DNA of 63,141 nucleotides, filler included, from Corallochytrium limacisporum Hawaii (GCA_002811645.1; 3 parts of 3 records of this genome joined end to end with filler, not necessarily neighbours in it), one strand, 5' to 3'; positions 1-12,100 are shown, counted from the first letter of the whole stretch. A program made the numbers and translations. The notes: generated from the letters alone by a model not told the origin.

Positions 1-72
1 AATCTCCCTCCTTATATTACGGTGCATGTTTTTAGGCAGATTCCTCCTTAACTTATGGGGCAGAGGTTGGTA
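1..72 (+). repeat. 72-bp repeat, copy A (runs off the window start)
   Basis: AATCTCCCTCC...GAGGTTGGTA is the exact reverse complement of 43154-43225. Confidence 0.95.
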
Positions 73-583
73 CTGTATACCACGAAGCACCGTTTGGACC
101 AACTAGTCGGTAACCCATGAGATGCAAGGGTACAATGGGAGGGCACATTTCCCGGACAGTGTGCATGGCCCGTATGTATCTCATTGGCAGCTGACGTCAC
201 ACTACAGGTCTTTCGTACCATCCACCCAAAGCAGTTTGTTTGGACAGCAAGATCCATTCTCAAGATTCAGCTGGGCACGAGTGTTCTCTTGTTTGTCATG
301 GCCCACGAGCGACTGTCGTGCGCTCGTTGGTTATCTGTATCATGCACAATACTGGCAGTGAACAATGTGGGAAAGAACGTCAAGGAACGGCAAGGAAGTC
401 ATGGAGTCGCTGGTCATGGCGAGTCAAAGAGACTCCGACTTCTGCTACACTTGCCCGACGTCCCCGTTCCGGACCGACCACGAACTCACAGACCCAACCA
501 GACACCTAGCAATAATCTCGGTGAGGCCACGTTCACATCCTATATGGGGATCCCTTGGGCCCGTATACCGTGTATGTCTTTTA

Positions 584-1255
584 GGGAACTTTAGACTTTT
601 CGTAGTTCACAGAGTTTCCGGCAAAGAACAAGATCCTAACGCGTACACGCGGACATCCACAACCACCTAGTTGAGAAAATCATGTCCCTCGGTTACAACC
701 TCCATGTTTTGCTCCCAGAAGTATCCTCAGCTCCTACGTAACCTTTGTTGACCTCCCTACGGCACCACTTTTTCATTTTGCATAAATGAAGGTGGTGCAT
801 TTGCGGTAGTGGGCCCACCTTGTGCGCTGCACATTTGATAGAGAAATTTGTTTCCATAAAGCCGGAACTTTCCGGCACGCGCAGACGCCACTAACCATGA
901 CCCAACTTGCGCATCTCCGTGCGGACGACTTATCCACTTCCATCAAACTTGGTAATACTGATGCAAAAATACCACCCAGCGGAATCACACCTGGCAGTTT
1001 ACCTTCCGTTACAAATTTGCCGACGACTCCAACTAGTCGAGGAAACTTTTCAAGCGTATACAGAAGCAGCCACCTAGCCATAGCCTCATCCCGCCGCACT
1101 CTCATCTGACAAGGTGATGTGTTGTGCACATACTATGTCCTTCCATAGCAGAACTCACCATGGGAACTCTTTCCTACTGTTTGTAGTTAGCAGACTCTTT
1201 TACGTCAAATGAAAGAGATCCTACAGCACACACGCGGACATCCGCCACGACTTAG
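584..1255 (+). repeat. Diverged ~90-bp direct repeat pair (584-670 and 1162-1255)
   Basis: Colinear shared blocks GGGAACT, GTAGTT, AGATCCTA (631/1216) and ACACGCGGACATCC (645/1230); the last two have the same 585-bp offset. Confidence 0.7.
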
Positions 1256-2625
1256 CATATCAACTCAACACATTCACACACCCCCCCCCCATGTCCTCAT
1301 GTTAGAAGCAATCCCGCTCCCACTCAGAACGGCACCAAACTCCCTGCTAAAGGTCCGAGTTGTTGGTCTCGCCGGGAGGGCGTGCAGGTTCCTCCACCAC
1401 GCAAAAAGTCCAGTCATAGGCGGATCAACAGCACAGCTGTTTGCGCCGGTGGCTACTTGGATTCGTCCCTGGTTGAAACTGGGAGAAATAGTCCGCACGG
1501 ATTTTTTGGATGGGCCAGTCCCGACCGGATTGAAGACAGAGTTAACAGCTGTACTATAGCATTGGGATGGGGACTGTCCCGGGAGGGGAGGGAAGGAGAT
1601 TATCTCTGCTGTGCGCTAGTTATCTTCAAGAATGGGACGGGATTTTCGTAGTCTGTGAAAGAAAGGGCACTACAGACGGTTATTTCAACAAGGTTTCGAC
1701 TAAGGCGCGAGCGCCGTAGAAAACGTTAAGAGTTGGTTACTCGCTGATTGTTCCGCTGGTAGTATCAATGAAATGGGCGGGGTGGCGAGCACACTGACTG
1801 AAAATCGGTAGACCCATGCACGCAGGACCAAGTTTTGATGACTACCTGGTAGCAGACCCGTCGGATTTGATCTTTGAGACGTGTCTGCAGTGGTGGGACT
1901 GAAAATGATGCCAAAAAGCAAAGAGCGAGACATCCCGAATGCGCTGAAAAATGGTACGCGGAGACGAAACTTTGTAGGGGTCATCTTGTGTTGCGTTCCC
2001 CGCGGGCGAGGGGAGGAGGACAACAGGAACTGTAAGAAGAGGGGGGGGGGCAAAAGAGATTGAGAGTGAAGGAAGGGGACGGGACAAGGGACCGGGACCC
2101 CGTCAGGAACGGGTTGCTGATGGGAATGACAGGAATGGTCAATGTATGGAATATACGTTGCCGCCGTGCCAATAGCAGCTGGAGGGTGCACAGGGGCACC
2201 GCTGGAGATCATATAGGGGAATGGAAAGCTTTGTATGCATCATCTTTCCCTCGGAGAGCGGTAATTGTGAAAGTCCCTGTGCACTCCTATGTAGCCCCTT
2301 ACCTTTTAAACGAAAGAGTGACAGGCAGTAATACTCCACAGGCGACGTCTTCATGTGATAGACATGTTGGTGTGTCTAGACTATCTGTCGATACAGACAT
2401 TCGTTAGTGTTCATCCCTCCGAGGCCATTGCACGACAGATAAGCGAAGACAATCACAATTACCCGCTAGCTCAGGTGGGAGAGAACATGAAATCGCTCCA
2501 CCGAATGGGGAACACGAACTGGCAGGTAAAAGACATGCAAGACACACACGGGGAAATAAATTGAGAGACTGATGCATCATAGATGCTTAAAGCGGTTAGG
2601 TAAAGATAAAGATGGAGTGCACAGG

Positions 2626-2632
2626 TATTTAT
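2626..2632 (+). promoter_or_regulatory. TATA-like box (ggTATTTAt)
   Basis: 104 nt upstream of ATG 2730, matching the spacing at five other orphan genes. Confidence 0.45.
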
Positions 2633-2729
2633 TGGAAGGAGAGGATCACCAGAATACCGTAGGGGAACATTGGCACAGAGACTAGTTCGACGTTACCCTC
2701 ATGTTTATCTGCAATACAAAATTTCAACT

Positions 2730-3251
2730 ATGAAGTTCATTGACACCACTATGCTTATGATTGCTGGCATTGGCAGCATGTTGGACATTGTTCAAGCCTT
2801 GCCAAGCGAGATCATTCAGGACATCGATATCGTAGATGGCAGTGCGTCTACCCAAGCAAACTGCTCATCATATCAGTATGAAGTGTATTACACCGGTTGC
2901 GCCCATCTAATTCCCTGTTCCGAAACATGGACTAGCCGATTGTACCTTGAAATTGGACCCATCACTTCCTCGTCCCGATCGGCACACATCGATGGAACAG
3001 GATGCCTGCAGTACAGGGAATATTCCCCCAACGAACTGTCAATTGTCTACAACCCCAGAACAGACATCAACTTCCCACTCATGGGGCAAGTTGTGGAGGT
3101 CGCAGGTGATATCAACCCCATTGACAACATGTACTTCCCCTTGGAGATCCCTCAGGATATGGTACCAGGCGCGACCAAAGTTGCACAATCCACGTTCTAC
3201 GGTGGCAAAGGTTGGACATGCAGGCATGACTACAATATTACTTGCAAATAA
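2730..3251 (+). CDS. Hypothetical secreted Cys-containing protein (173 aa)
   Basis: ORF from ATG 2730 (MKFIDTTMLMIAGIGSMLDIVQA-LP, signal-peptide-like), 6 Cys, upstream TATA-like box, AATAAA at 3312-3317. Confidence 0.75.
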   Translation: MKFIDTTMLMIAGIGSMLDIVQALPSEIIQDIDIVDGSASTQANCSSYQYEVYYTGCAHLIPCSETWTSRLYLEIGPITSSSRSAHIDGTGCLQYREYSPNELSIVYNPRTDINFPLMGQVVEVAGDINPIDNMYFPLEIPQDMVPGATKVAQSTFYGGKGWTCRHDYNITCK

Positions 3252-5858
3252 CCTCCATCGGCACCGCATGATTTATCCTTTCGGTAGCCGAATTTCAGAG
3301 GAGAACCATTCAATAAACGCCCATGTTTTCCTGTTCCTTGGACACCATACTTAGCGCATTGGGCTCCCACCGGAGACGTTAACCACCCCTGTATAGATCT
3401 CTTCCGTATCATCAAATCCCTTTCTGATGCCTTCCGAATCAGGTCCTACCAATGTACATATTTGGTAGGCAAGTGCCGCAGCACAGAGCCCTGTCTTAGG
3501 GGCGAGGGTGACAGGTGCCCTATGTTTCCATCATTTTCCACGCTGACGTGTCTCACCCCGGGTTAGAATGCCGTAACCAACCTCAATTTCCGTATGGAAA
3601 CGCATAAGGGCGATCAAAGATTTGCACAGTGCGTGTCATGTGGCTACAAGGTTTATCTATCCTGGCGGGTACCCCCGTATTGCGAGCATGCCATGCCATT
3701 TACCATGGGTATGGAAGGGTTTTCTGCGGTTACCCTAGCCGATACGCTGGCGCTGGCGCTACATCGCAGCCGAACGGGGCCCAAGTTGTCATAGACGGGC
3801 AGTCAAGAGATTGGGCTTGATGGCTAGTCATCCACGACGGGTTATTGGATCAAGGGCTTGAAATACGGGTCAATCACAGTACCTCAAAATCTCTGCATAG
3901 ATCGGCAATCACACATATGACGGGAACATTATCCAAATCTTGGCAACCGGTGATTTGTTTAGTGATACTGAAGCCAGCCACAAAGATAGGTATCATGATT
4001 TATCATTGAACAGCATCAAATCAACTAGTTTCGCCATAAGCAGCTGTAAGTTGTCAACACCACCATCTATTGCTGTCAAATTCCAGTACAATGTGGGAAA
4101 CATTATTGCGGACTGTACCACAAGTGCACATGCATGTTCATACCATCTCGATTGGCAAGTCAGCATGGCCAATATGCGTTCCTCATCAACCGCGGAGAAA
4201 ACATGCTGATGTTGTATGCATCATGTCCTCGGAGCCCCAGAGAAAATGTAGATTTTAATTATACTCTCATGTTGAAGCGGTAAGAGCAAACTACCGGGTC
4301 CGCTGAAGAACATATCCTACTTCATCGGCTGAATACCGACTGCAATATGCAGTACCGCTACAGCTACGTACCCGGATTCCCAGTTTTTGCATGCCTTTAA
4401 ATGTCTCTCAATGCGGTGACCCCAGGCACCCATAGACACATGCTCGTCGCCCACCAGATTGCAAAATTTCAAACAGCATCATATCTTTACATACATCGAA
4501 TCGCAGAAGCTTCAGATATGCGTTGGCCATGCCCCTGTGACTCTAATATAGTCGCAGTCATATTTGAGAAGCGGTAGAGAATTGTCCCTAAGTATCTGCG
4601 GATTTAGAGGCCCCTGCAGATTTATGATCTTAAAGGCTCGTATCACTGAAAGTCTCCCCGCTTCAACCAAGGATGTGAGCGACCCCACCAAGTCATGATG
4701 ATCGGTTCAAGGGTAGATTACCGGTGTCTAATTGTATGCTTTGGTGAGTAAATAGGGCGTCGATCCCGAGTTTGAGGCGACTGCCAATACAAGCGTCAAT
4801 TGTACAACAGTGGCAAAGCGTAATCTGGGGTTGGGTTGCCCCTATCTCGATATGAAGGTAATACATCTGGGAGACAAGTGTTTTCTCAGGTCGAACGGTC
4901 TCCTCATTTCGACCGCTGCCACTAAGAATTTCGACACATTCCCGCCCCAGTTGTGGTACCTCCGGGTCAATACCTACACGTACCAATTATTGAGGTGCAG
5001 GTTGTTGAAATTCCGTTAGCAGACATTATCGTTCCGTACCATCAGGAACACATTGCCTTGGCAGGACACGAACTGTGTTTGTATGGTTCAATTGATAAAA
5101 AATCCCTAAGTTTGGAAACACGGCGCAAAATGAGACCTTAGACGAGCGGAGCCGAACGTCACAATACACTGATGCCGCCAGCGAACCCCCTTTTCAGGAG
5201 TGTACAACGGCAAAAATCTATTGCACCCATCTCCCCGAGCAAATTCCACAGTTGGGTCAGAGATGGGTCAGAGATGGTGCGGACGCTTGCCCCCCTTGGG
5301 TCACCGCAAAATTGCCAGCCGGCTCCAAAAATGGTCCCCCAAATCTCCGAGCCTCCATTTACCCGTTGTTGGGAAGGGCGAGAAAGACGAGAGGGGGGGG
5401 GGCGGGGCAAGCGAGGCGATGGAACGGGTGCAGGGATTGCAAACGCCAGTTACGTTTGTACTGGGTAAACGAAGCCCAATGTGTACACATTTGTGCAGGG
5501 CGCTGGATTGACATGAAGAAGTGGCATGGCAGGCAGAAAGCAGCATCGGGGAAGAAGAAGAACTGAGCCCCCTTTCTGACCCGTGCCACGCACATGGACT
5601 CCGTATCTCGTCACGATTTCTAGTACCCTGTATTGTATATCTTACACACTGCACCTAGCTTGCGCCTAATGCGCTTCCGTATTTTCTCTAGGCTACCATT
5701 CATGACGGTGCACAGGGGAAATCTTCATGTTTTGGGCGCTTGATGGCATCAGTCTCATGATCCCAACATTTGAGAACGTGGATCGCACTGCCCCTAGTAC
5801 AATGATAGATGATAATTGATGTCTTCACATTGTCAGTGGATGGAGGGTTGGGGCAAGC

Positions 5859-5860
<2 letters not shown>

Positions 5861-5907
<47 letters not shown>
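5861..5907. repeat. (AC)n microsatellite
   Basis: ~23 perfect AC units. Confidence 0.98.
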
Positions 5908-5909
<2 letters not shown>

Positions 5910-5950
5910 GATAAAGACAGGCAAAATGCACTAGGACAGAGCGGTAGGGG

Positions 5951-5958
5951 TATTTAAA
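5951..5958 (+). promoter_or_regulatory. TATA-like box (ggTATTTAAA)
   Basis: 97 nt upstream of ATG 6048. Confidence 0.6.
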
Positions 5959-6047
5959 GATCAGCTATGATCAATGAGGACGTGGGGAGCTGATGTGGGT
6001 AGAATATTATCCTGACAAAGTCATTGCTCCTGAAGCAAAAAAATACC

Positions 6048-6806
6048 ATGAAACTCATTGGTGAAGTTTTTGTTCTGCTGGCTGTCACCAGCAGCATGTC
6101 GAATACGGCCGAGGCCATGCCTATCAAATTCCGTCGGGAAGAGGTAGGTGTCCATGACAGTACTGTGATCGGCATCCCCGACGTTGGCGTTGCTGGCGAC
6201 GGTCCTCTTGTTGGCATTGCTGGCGCTACACCACGCGTAGGTACTCTGCCTCCTGAATTTCGTGGAGCCGGCAGTCCTGAAGTTGGTGTGATTGGCATTG
6301 ATGGCGATGTGGGCATTGCAGATGGAACGCCACGCGTAGGTGTTGTCCGTAGGGCCAGTCCTGAAGTTGGTGTTGCTGGCAACGGACCCTTTGTTGGCGT
6401 TGCTGGCGGTAGACCTGGAAAGCCCTTGGTTGGTGTAGCCAGCCGTCCTGATGTTGGTGTAGCCGGCAGTCCTGAAGTTGGTGTGATTGGCATTGATGGT
6501 GATGTGGGCATTGCAGGTGGAACGCCACGCGTAGGTGTTGTCAGTAACTGTGGCACTCTACCCGCCGTTGACGTTGCTCGCAATGTGGCAACAATCCCAA
6601 AAAACCGCGCCACGGGAGAGGCCGTGCCCGCTGGCAGTCCTGAAGTTGGTGTGATTGGCATTGACAGTGATGTGGGCATTGCAGGTGGAACGCCACGCGT
6701 AGGTGTTGTCGGTGACTGTCCCACTATACCCAGCGTTGGCGTTGCAACAATGCCAATGGAGAGGGTTGCCCGCGCCACGGGAGAGGCCGTGCCCGCTGAT
6801 GCTTAG
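6048..6806 (+). CDS. Secreted Gly/Val/Pro-rich repeat protein (252 aa)
   Basis: Signal-like N-terminus MKLIGEVFVLLAVTSSMSNTAEA, many PxVG(V/I)xG motifs, three near-identical 81-nt units (6267-6347, 6462-6542, 6630-6710), RR dibasic sites. Confidence 0.85.
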   Translation: MKLIGEVFVLLAVTSSMSNTAEAMPIKFRREEVGVHDSTVIGIPDVGVAGDGPLVGIAGATPRVGTLPPEFRGAGSPEVGVIGIDGDVGIADGTPRVGVVRRASPEVGVAGNGPFVGVAGGRPGKPLVGVASRPDVGVAGSPEVGVIGIDGDVGIAGGTPRVGVVSNCGTLPAVDVARNVATIPKNRATGEAVPAGSPEVGVIGIDSDVGIAGGTPRVGVVGDCPTIPSVGVATMPMERVARATGEAVPADA

Positions 6807-7397
6807 TCTGAATACCATCCCGTAGGGGTTGCACCCGTCTGGTTGGACACTCTGATATGTTATCAACCACCTTACAGAGGATTGTTCAACGAAATTTGTC
6901 GTGACGTGAGACGCGTCCAATAGTAAAATATTTTCTTCTCACAAATAAACTACGATTAGTACTTGGTAGGTATGCGACTGGTGCCTTCGTTTTGGTTCCC
7001 AAATTCCCCCTCCCCCTTGCTCGCTACAAAATGAAACTTCCATATGGGGAAACTGAAGTCTGAGAGCCACTGGCCGGGTTTTCGAGCCCAAGCTCTCACC
7101 CAGGGCCACGTCGGGGGGCTGACAAAGTGAGAGAGACCAGGACTTGGCACTTGTCTTCAGCCCAAGCGCCGGAAGCAAACCGCAGTGATTCAACCCCTGG
7201 GGAGGTTTGACCTCCAATTTGGTGGTAGAAAGAGAACCTCCCCCGGGGAAAGGGGGGGGGGGTTTGGAGCCGGTGGATATTAGGTGTTTTGAGCGGGGTC
7301 TATATCTAGTTGGTATTGTCGTACTAACGTATCACCGGTATTAATCTATTACTGACTCAATACTGTTTTGACAGAGGTATTGTGAATGGGATTCCCT

Positions 7398-9122
7398 TTA
7401 TGCGGCGGCCACGACCGTCGCTTTCGCGTTCTTGAGCACGACGCATTTGCCGGTGCCAGGATGCATGGTACAGAATCTGCACTGGAGCCTGCCACTATAA
7501 CCGGAATTGACATCACCGACATCGACAGCAAAGTTGAACTGAAGCTCCTCACCGGGGGCGATAGAGGCTAGGGGCTCGGTCACCATGTTGGACCCAGCCA
7601 TACCAGGCTCGATCCATTGCCATCGGTTGTTTGACCCGACACGGACAGTGGTGAAGTCGGGCGTAGAATAGGGGCCGGCGGTACCCAGACTCGCGCTCCA
7701 CCGGCACTTCAAGGCGACATTCTCCAGCGGAGCAGTGCCAATGTTCCCGTAGACTGCTGTCACATCAAGACGAGAATTGGCAGTTACAGAAATAGGAGAC
7801 TCTTCGGTGAAGTAGATGTTTGCCTTGCCAGTACTGTCATCGCAAGAATCACCGACGCCATCAAAATCGGTATCCTTCTGATTTTTGTTCTTCTTATACG
7901 GGCAGTTATCGTCAACGTCCATGATGGTATCACCGTCACTGTCCAGGTTGCTGGGGGTCTCTTCGGTGGTTGTGGTGGAAGTCTCCTCAGCAGTGGTGGA
8001 AGTCTCAGCAGTGGTGGACGTCTCAGCAGTGGTGGACGTCTCAGCAGTGGTGGAAGTCTCATCGGTGGTGGTAGTCTCCTCAGCAGTGGTGGTAGTCTCA
8101 TCGGTGGTGGTAGTCTCATCGGTGGTGGTAGTCTCATCGGTGGTGGTAGTCTCATCGGTGGTGGTAGTCTCATCGGTGGTGGTAGTCTCATCGGTGGTGG
8201 TAGTCTCATCGGTGGTGGTAGTCTCATCGGTGGTGGTAGTCTCATCGGTGGTGGTAGTCTCATCGGTGGTGGTAGTCTCATCGGTGGTGGTAGTCTCCTC
8301 AGCAGTGGTGGAGGAGGAAGTCTCTTCGACTGTAGTAGTCGTACCGCTGGTAAATTTGACATAGTTGCTTCCCACAGTGTCGGGCACATAAATGCCTGTG
8401 TCAAGCTCACTGGGACTATCGGTGCAAATGGTCAAGGGCCACTGAACAAGACTGGTATTCTTCATGACACCGGAGAAATTGCGACTCAGGAGCTGTGCAC
8501 AGACATTTGAGGCGTTTCCAGAATACTCAATGGCAAACACAGGTTTCCCATTAGCAATGAAAGTGTTCCACTGGTCACATTCGTTCCATTGCAAGCATGA
8601 CTCAACAACAGCCATGTCGGTGAAGTCCACAAGGTCATTGACCAATTCCGCAGAGTTTTTGAGGACGATCTTCATACCCAGACCATGCGCATGTGCCGCC
8701 AGTTTCTTAACGTAATCAACAACGTCACCTTCGCTGATAGAGAAGCCACTGCCACCGTAGTAGAGATCAATGTTGTCCGGCTCAACGGCATGACAACCAG
8801 CGTCGGCAAAGGAAGAGATGCGGTTCTTCATGATATCCACTACAGTGTCATCTGTAATGTCAAGGTACCACTCACCATCCCATCCACCCAAGGGGTTACC
8901 CCTGACGCTTTCCGGAAATTGGTCGGCATCATCCCTCCAGTTTTCCCAGGAGCCAGCAGAGAAGTAACAGATCGTATAGGCACCTCTGTTGAGGACCTCG
9001 TCAATGTTGTCTCCGGGGAAAGTGGTGGTATCCAAATCAATCACTTGGAGGAGGGGCTCAAAGCTATCATTAGGCAGCTGATAGTTCCAGAAGGCACCGG
9101 GTCCGGGAACTTGGACTGCCAT
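7398..9122 (-). CDS. GH114-family (endo-alpha-1,4-polygalactosaminidase/Ega3-like) hydrolase with Thr/Glu linker, thrombospondin type-3 repeat and beta-rich C-terminal domain
   Basis: GH114 motifs WNYQL, ICYFSAGSWENWRDD, GWDGEWYLDI, AVEPDNID, LKN, ESC, GKPVFAIEY; (ETTTTD)n linker; DSDGD...DNCP...NQKDTDFDGVGDSCD. Confidence 0.9.
   Translation of the reverse strand: MAVQVPGPGAFWNYQLPNDSFEPLLQVIDLDTTTFPGDNIDEVLNRGAYTICYFSAGSWENWRDDADQFPESVRGNPLGGWDGEWYLDITDDTVVDIMKNRISSFADAGCHAVEPDNIDLYYGGSGFSISEGDVVDYVKKLAAHAHGLGMKIVLKNSAELVNDLVDFTDMAVVESCLQWNECDQWNTFIANGKPVFAIEYSGNASNVCAQLLSRNFSGVMKNTSLVQWPLTICTDSPSELDTGIYVPDTVGSNYVKFTSGTTTTVEETSSSTTAEETTTTDETTTTDETTTTDETTTTDETTTTDETTTTDETTTTDETTTTDETTTTDETTTTDETTTTDETTTTAEETTTTDETSTTAETSTTAETSTTAETSTTAEETSTTTTEETPSNLDSDGDTIMDVDDNCPYKKNKNQKDTDFDGVGDSCDDSTGKANIYFTEESPISVTANSRLDVTAVYGNIGTAPLENVALKCRWSASLGTAGPYSTPDFTTVRVGSNNRWQWIEPGMAGSNMVTEPLASIAPGEELQFNFAVDVGDVNSGYSGRLQCRFCTMHPGTGKCVVLKNAKATVVAAA
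7978..8310 (-). repeat. 18-bp coding tandem repeat (ETTTTD/ETSTTA) inside the GH114 gene
   Basis: GTCTCATCGGTGGTGGTA repeated more than 10 times plus variants. Confidence 0.97.
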
Positions 9123-12100
9123 GATACAGTTATTCTTGGTGCAACTGGTTATCTAAGTAATCTTACAGTGGGTCAGAGTTTTGCCACTTAATCTATTCTT
9201 GATACGCTAACACTACACACTTTAGTGCATACAAGACAGTCTCATATTACACACACAAGCACACACACGCAATAAGATTAGATCAGAATCTGTTGGCGAC
9301 TGATCAGAATGATCTCAAATAGTTGTACTGATACAGACACTCATCTGCAATTCTACAGTGCATCCTGTATCCAGAAATATTCTAAGAGTTCCTTTTGTGC
9401 AGTACCCATATAGAGTGTAACTTACCTTCTTGCCATTTGTTGAAATCATCGAGGGTTCACCCCTGCAAAGTTACCTCGCCTCCAGATTTCCAAACACAAG
9501 TAGCGCTGACATATTTTCAGAAAGTGAACGTATTCGAAACATGGTTACTTGCATCTATCTGTCATCCAGGTTCTGGATGCTCCAAGCTTCACAGAATGAA
9601 AAACTCAGAAGCATCGAAAGCCCTTGCTTCATGTGTCTATTTCTACCGCAATCTAAGTGATCTGATGGGGGCTATGAGTTTGTAGAATCAGATATGAAGG
9701 ACTGGACAATGGCATTTGCTCCACAGCCATTCTGGAGCGTACCTCTAATATGCACAGCTTCTACTCTTGTTCTACTGACATGTCATTTGTCTAAGTCTGT
9801 TGGTCCTTTCCCCCCTTTCTCCCGGTTCCCCTCCTCAACCGTCCGCGTCCGTTCGGTCCGGCCATCAGCTACACCTTTTTCCTTCCCCCCCCTCTGGGGC
9901 CTTCCCTATGGGTCGCTGCGAAACAGTGTTCCCCCCTTCCTCCTCACCCTCACTCTTTTCCCCGGCCCCCCACCCCCTTCCCGGTTTCGGGCGCGTTCCA
10001 TCTCTTTTCAGCGCATATTCCCACCCTGCACACCTGGCCGTTGCCCCTCCCCCTCTGGCCGGGAAGGCGTCGTTACCCTTCTCTTTGCTTTTTCTCCTGG
10101 TCCCAGAAACTTCCCCTGACTGTGGATACGCGCACGGCGCCACCAGGGGGAACCCAAAAGTACCAGGCATCTCACTCATTCCCCTGTCTTCTTTTCTCCG
10201 TGTGCCGCTAGTCTGGGAATGATGCTTCGTTTCGCAGTGCGAACATGGTCTGTAGGGCAGAGCCATGAGGGAGCTCAGGGCGCAGACAATCATAAATCGT
10301 CTGACTTCGTTTGGATTTTCACATCGATCTTGCGTGCTACAACCATACAATGCCGTCGTTACCAATTAGTTCTTTCCTTCGTATGTGTCACTTTTTCGAC
10401 CTGCACCTTAGTCTCTTGGCGTTACGTCGCTATGAACTCTCTGTGTTTGTGCATCCTGACTTTGGCATGCCCTTATTTTCTTTCTTTTTTGGGTGCGCAA
10501 ATCTTCCTTCACGCTCGTTCTCCTCTCTCTCGCTGTGATTCTGTGGTGGCCGCCTTGATTGGCTTAGGAGTGTTCTCCACGCATCCTCAGTTGGCATTTG
10601 CCGGCTTTCCAAGTTCTTTTCGAATGTCTCCAGCGATGTCTTTCACTTTGCACTTCGGGTTCCTGTTCAGTCTCTCCTTGTGGCCTTCCTGCGCAACCAG
10701 TTGAGTACTAGGAACCACTAGGCAAAATGTCAACCAACCCTTCCTCTGCCCCATTCCCCCCCCACCCCCCGGGGGGCCTTCACGCTCTTTCCCGATTTCC
10801 AGGGTATTTGCTGTAACAACTCGCATCTCTCTCGCTCCTAAGAGTATCAGAGACGGGGCAGTAGGTATCATTGCCTAGCGGCATCACATCATCGATGTAC
10901 CCCACCCCTTCTTCCTTCATTTTGGGTCTTTGAATCTATTATACCAGTCTGGGCCCCTTATTCGTGTGTGTGTCTCCCCCAATCGTCCGCACTTTTGGGC
11001 TGTCTCCCATTTTCTTTGGCACTAAGCCTGTTCATGGATGAGTCACGTTCTATGGTTCGTTTCAAACGTCTTTTGAAACTTTCGTGACCTGAATTTTGTC
11101 ATCGCTATCCAATTGGAACAAGCATCCCAACTGCAGCCAGCACGGAAGTTGTGAGCATGGAGTGTGAATGTTGTAAGGACAATGGGAGGAGGGAAACGGC
11201 GTCTGATATGCCAGATGTGCCCAAGGAAACTGAGTTTTTTGTGCCAGATGCACCTCATTGACGCAATAGTGTCATGGAATATGACAATGTGTAACAAGCA
11301 TAGATTTCTAGAATTAATTTGATATCATTGCGCACCCAGCTGAACGGTCGGCGTTTGAGAGCGGGAATCTAGTGCAGCTGCTCCAGCGCACCCCATTCGG
11401 CGCGAAAGAGCGAGTGGCACAAACTGTTTCTGGCTTTGCACCTTGGCCTTGTAATGCCATCCATAGAATCAACCAGCAATTGAGCAACCAACTCAGGTGG
11501 TATCATCTTCTGGCATGTTTACAAACTCAGGAGCAAACGACATGAATTCACTCAACATTGGTCGTAGACGAGAAGTCCATGAAGAAAGGTGACCGATTGA
11601 AACAAACTCGATCGTGGACTATTACAGAAGATCAGCAAAATAGCTGCAGGGCCGGGACCCTGTCCGTCCGTGACACCCTGCTGCTGCTATTTGTACTCCA
11701 AAACGGGGAAAGGCGACGCCTAAAGCAGGAAAGGGCCCCAGAGTGAACCGGGATATATGGGGGAAAGCCAGTCGCGAAAGCCCCCGACCCCAGTTCAGAC
11801 GAATAAACTCGCAGAACGGCTCATTTTTGACCAATGGGAGAGGGGATCTGCGCCCCGCTGTACATAACTCTTCTGTTCGCCGCACACAGCGGGACGAGAA
11901 ATGCCCGGGGAAACGGAACGACGAGTGAGGGGGAAAGAAGAAGGAAAAGTGGGCGCCGTGGGCGGCGCTTGTGTGTCGTAACCCGACCCAAGACTCGCGG
12001 GGGAAGGTGTCGGGGGCGGGCGGGTTGCAAACGGGAACAAAACGGAACTGGGGAAAACGGTTGTTGGTTGAGCCGATGATTTCAAAGAGCAGCGTGTTCC

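Noticed and set aside
3940-5141. Short ORFs with faint LRR-like words (LGLGCPYLDMKVIHL)
   Set aside because: No periodicity or consistent frame; too weak to call a pseudogene
5954-6778. 274-aa minus-strand Pro/Thr-rich ORF
   Set aside because: Mirror of the plus-strand repeat gene; no signal peptide or promoter box
7784-8410. Alternative-frame ORFs (MRLPPP)n and (SSVVVV)n
   Set aside because: By-products of the 18-bp repeat inside the GH114 gene
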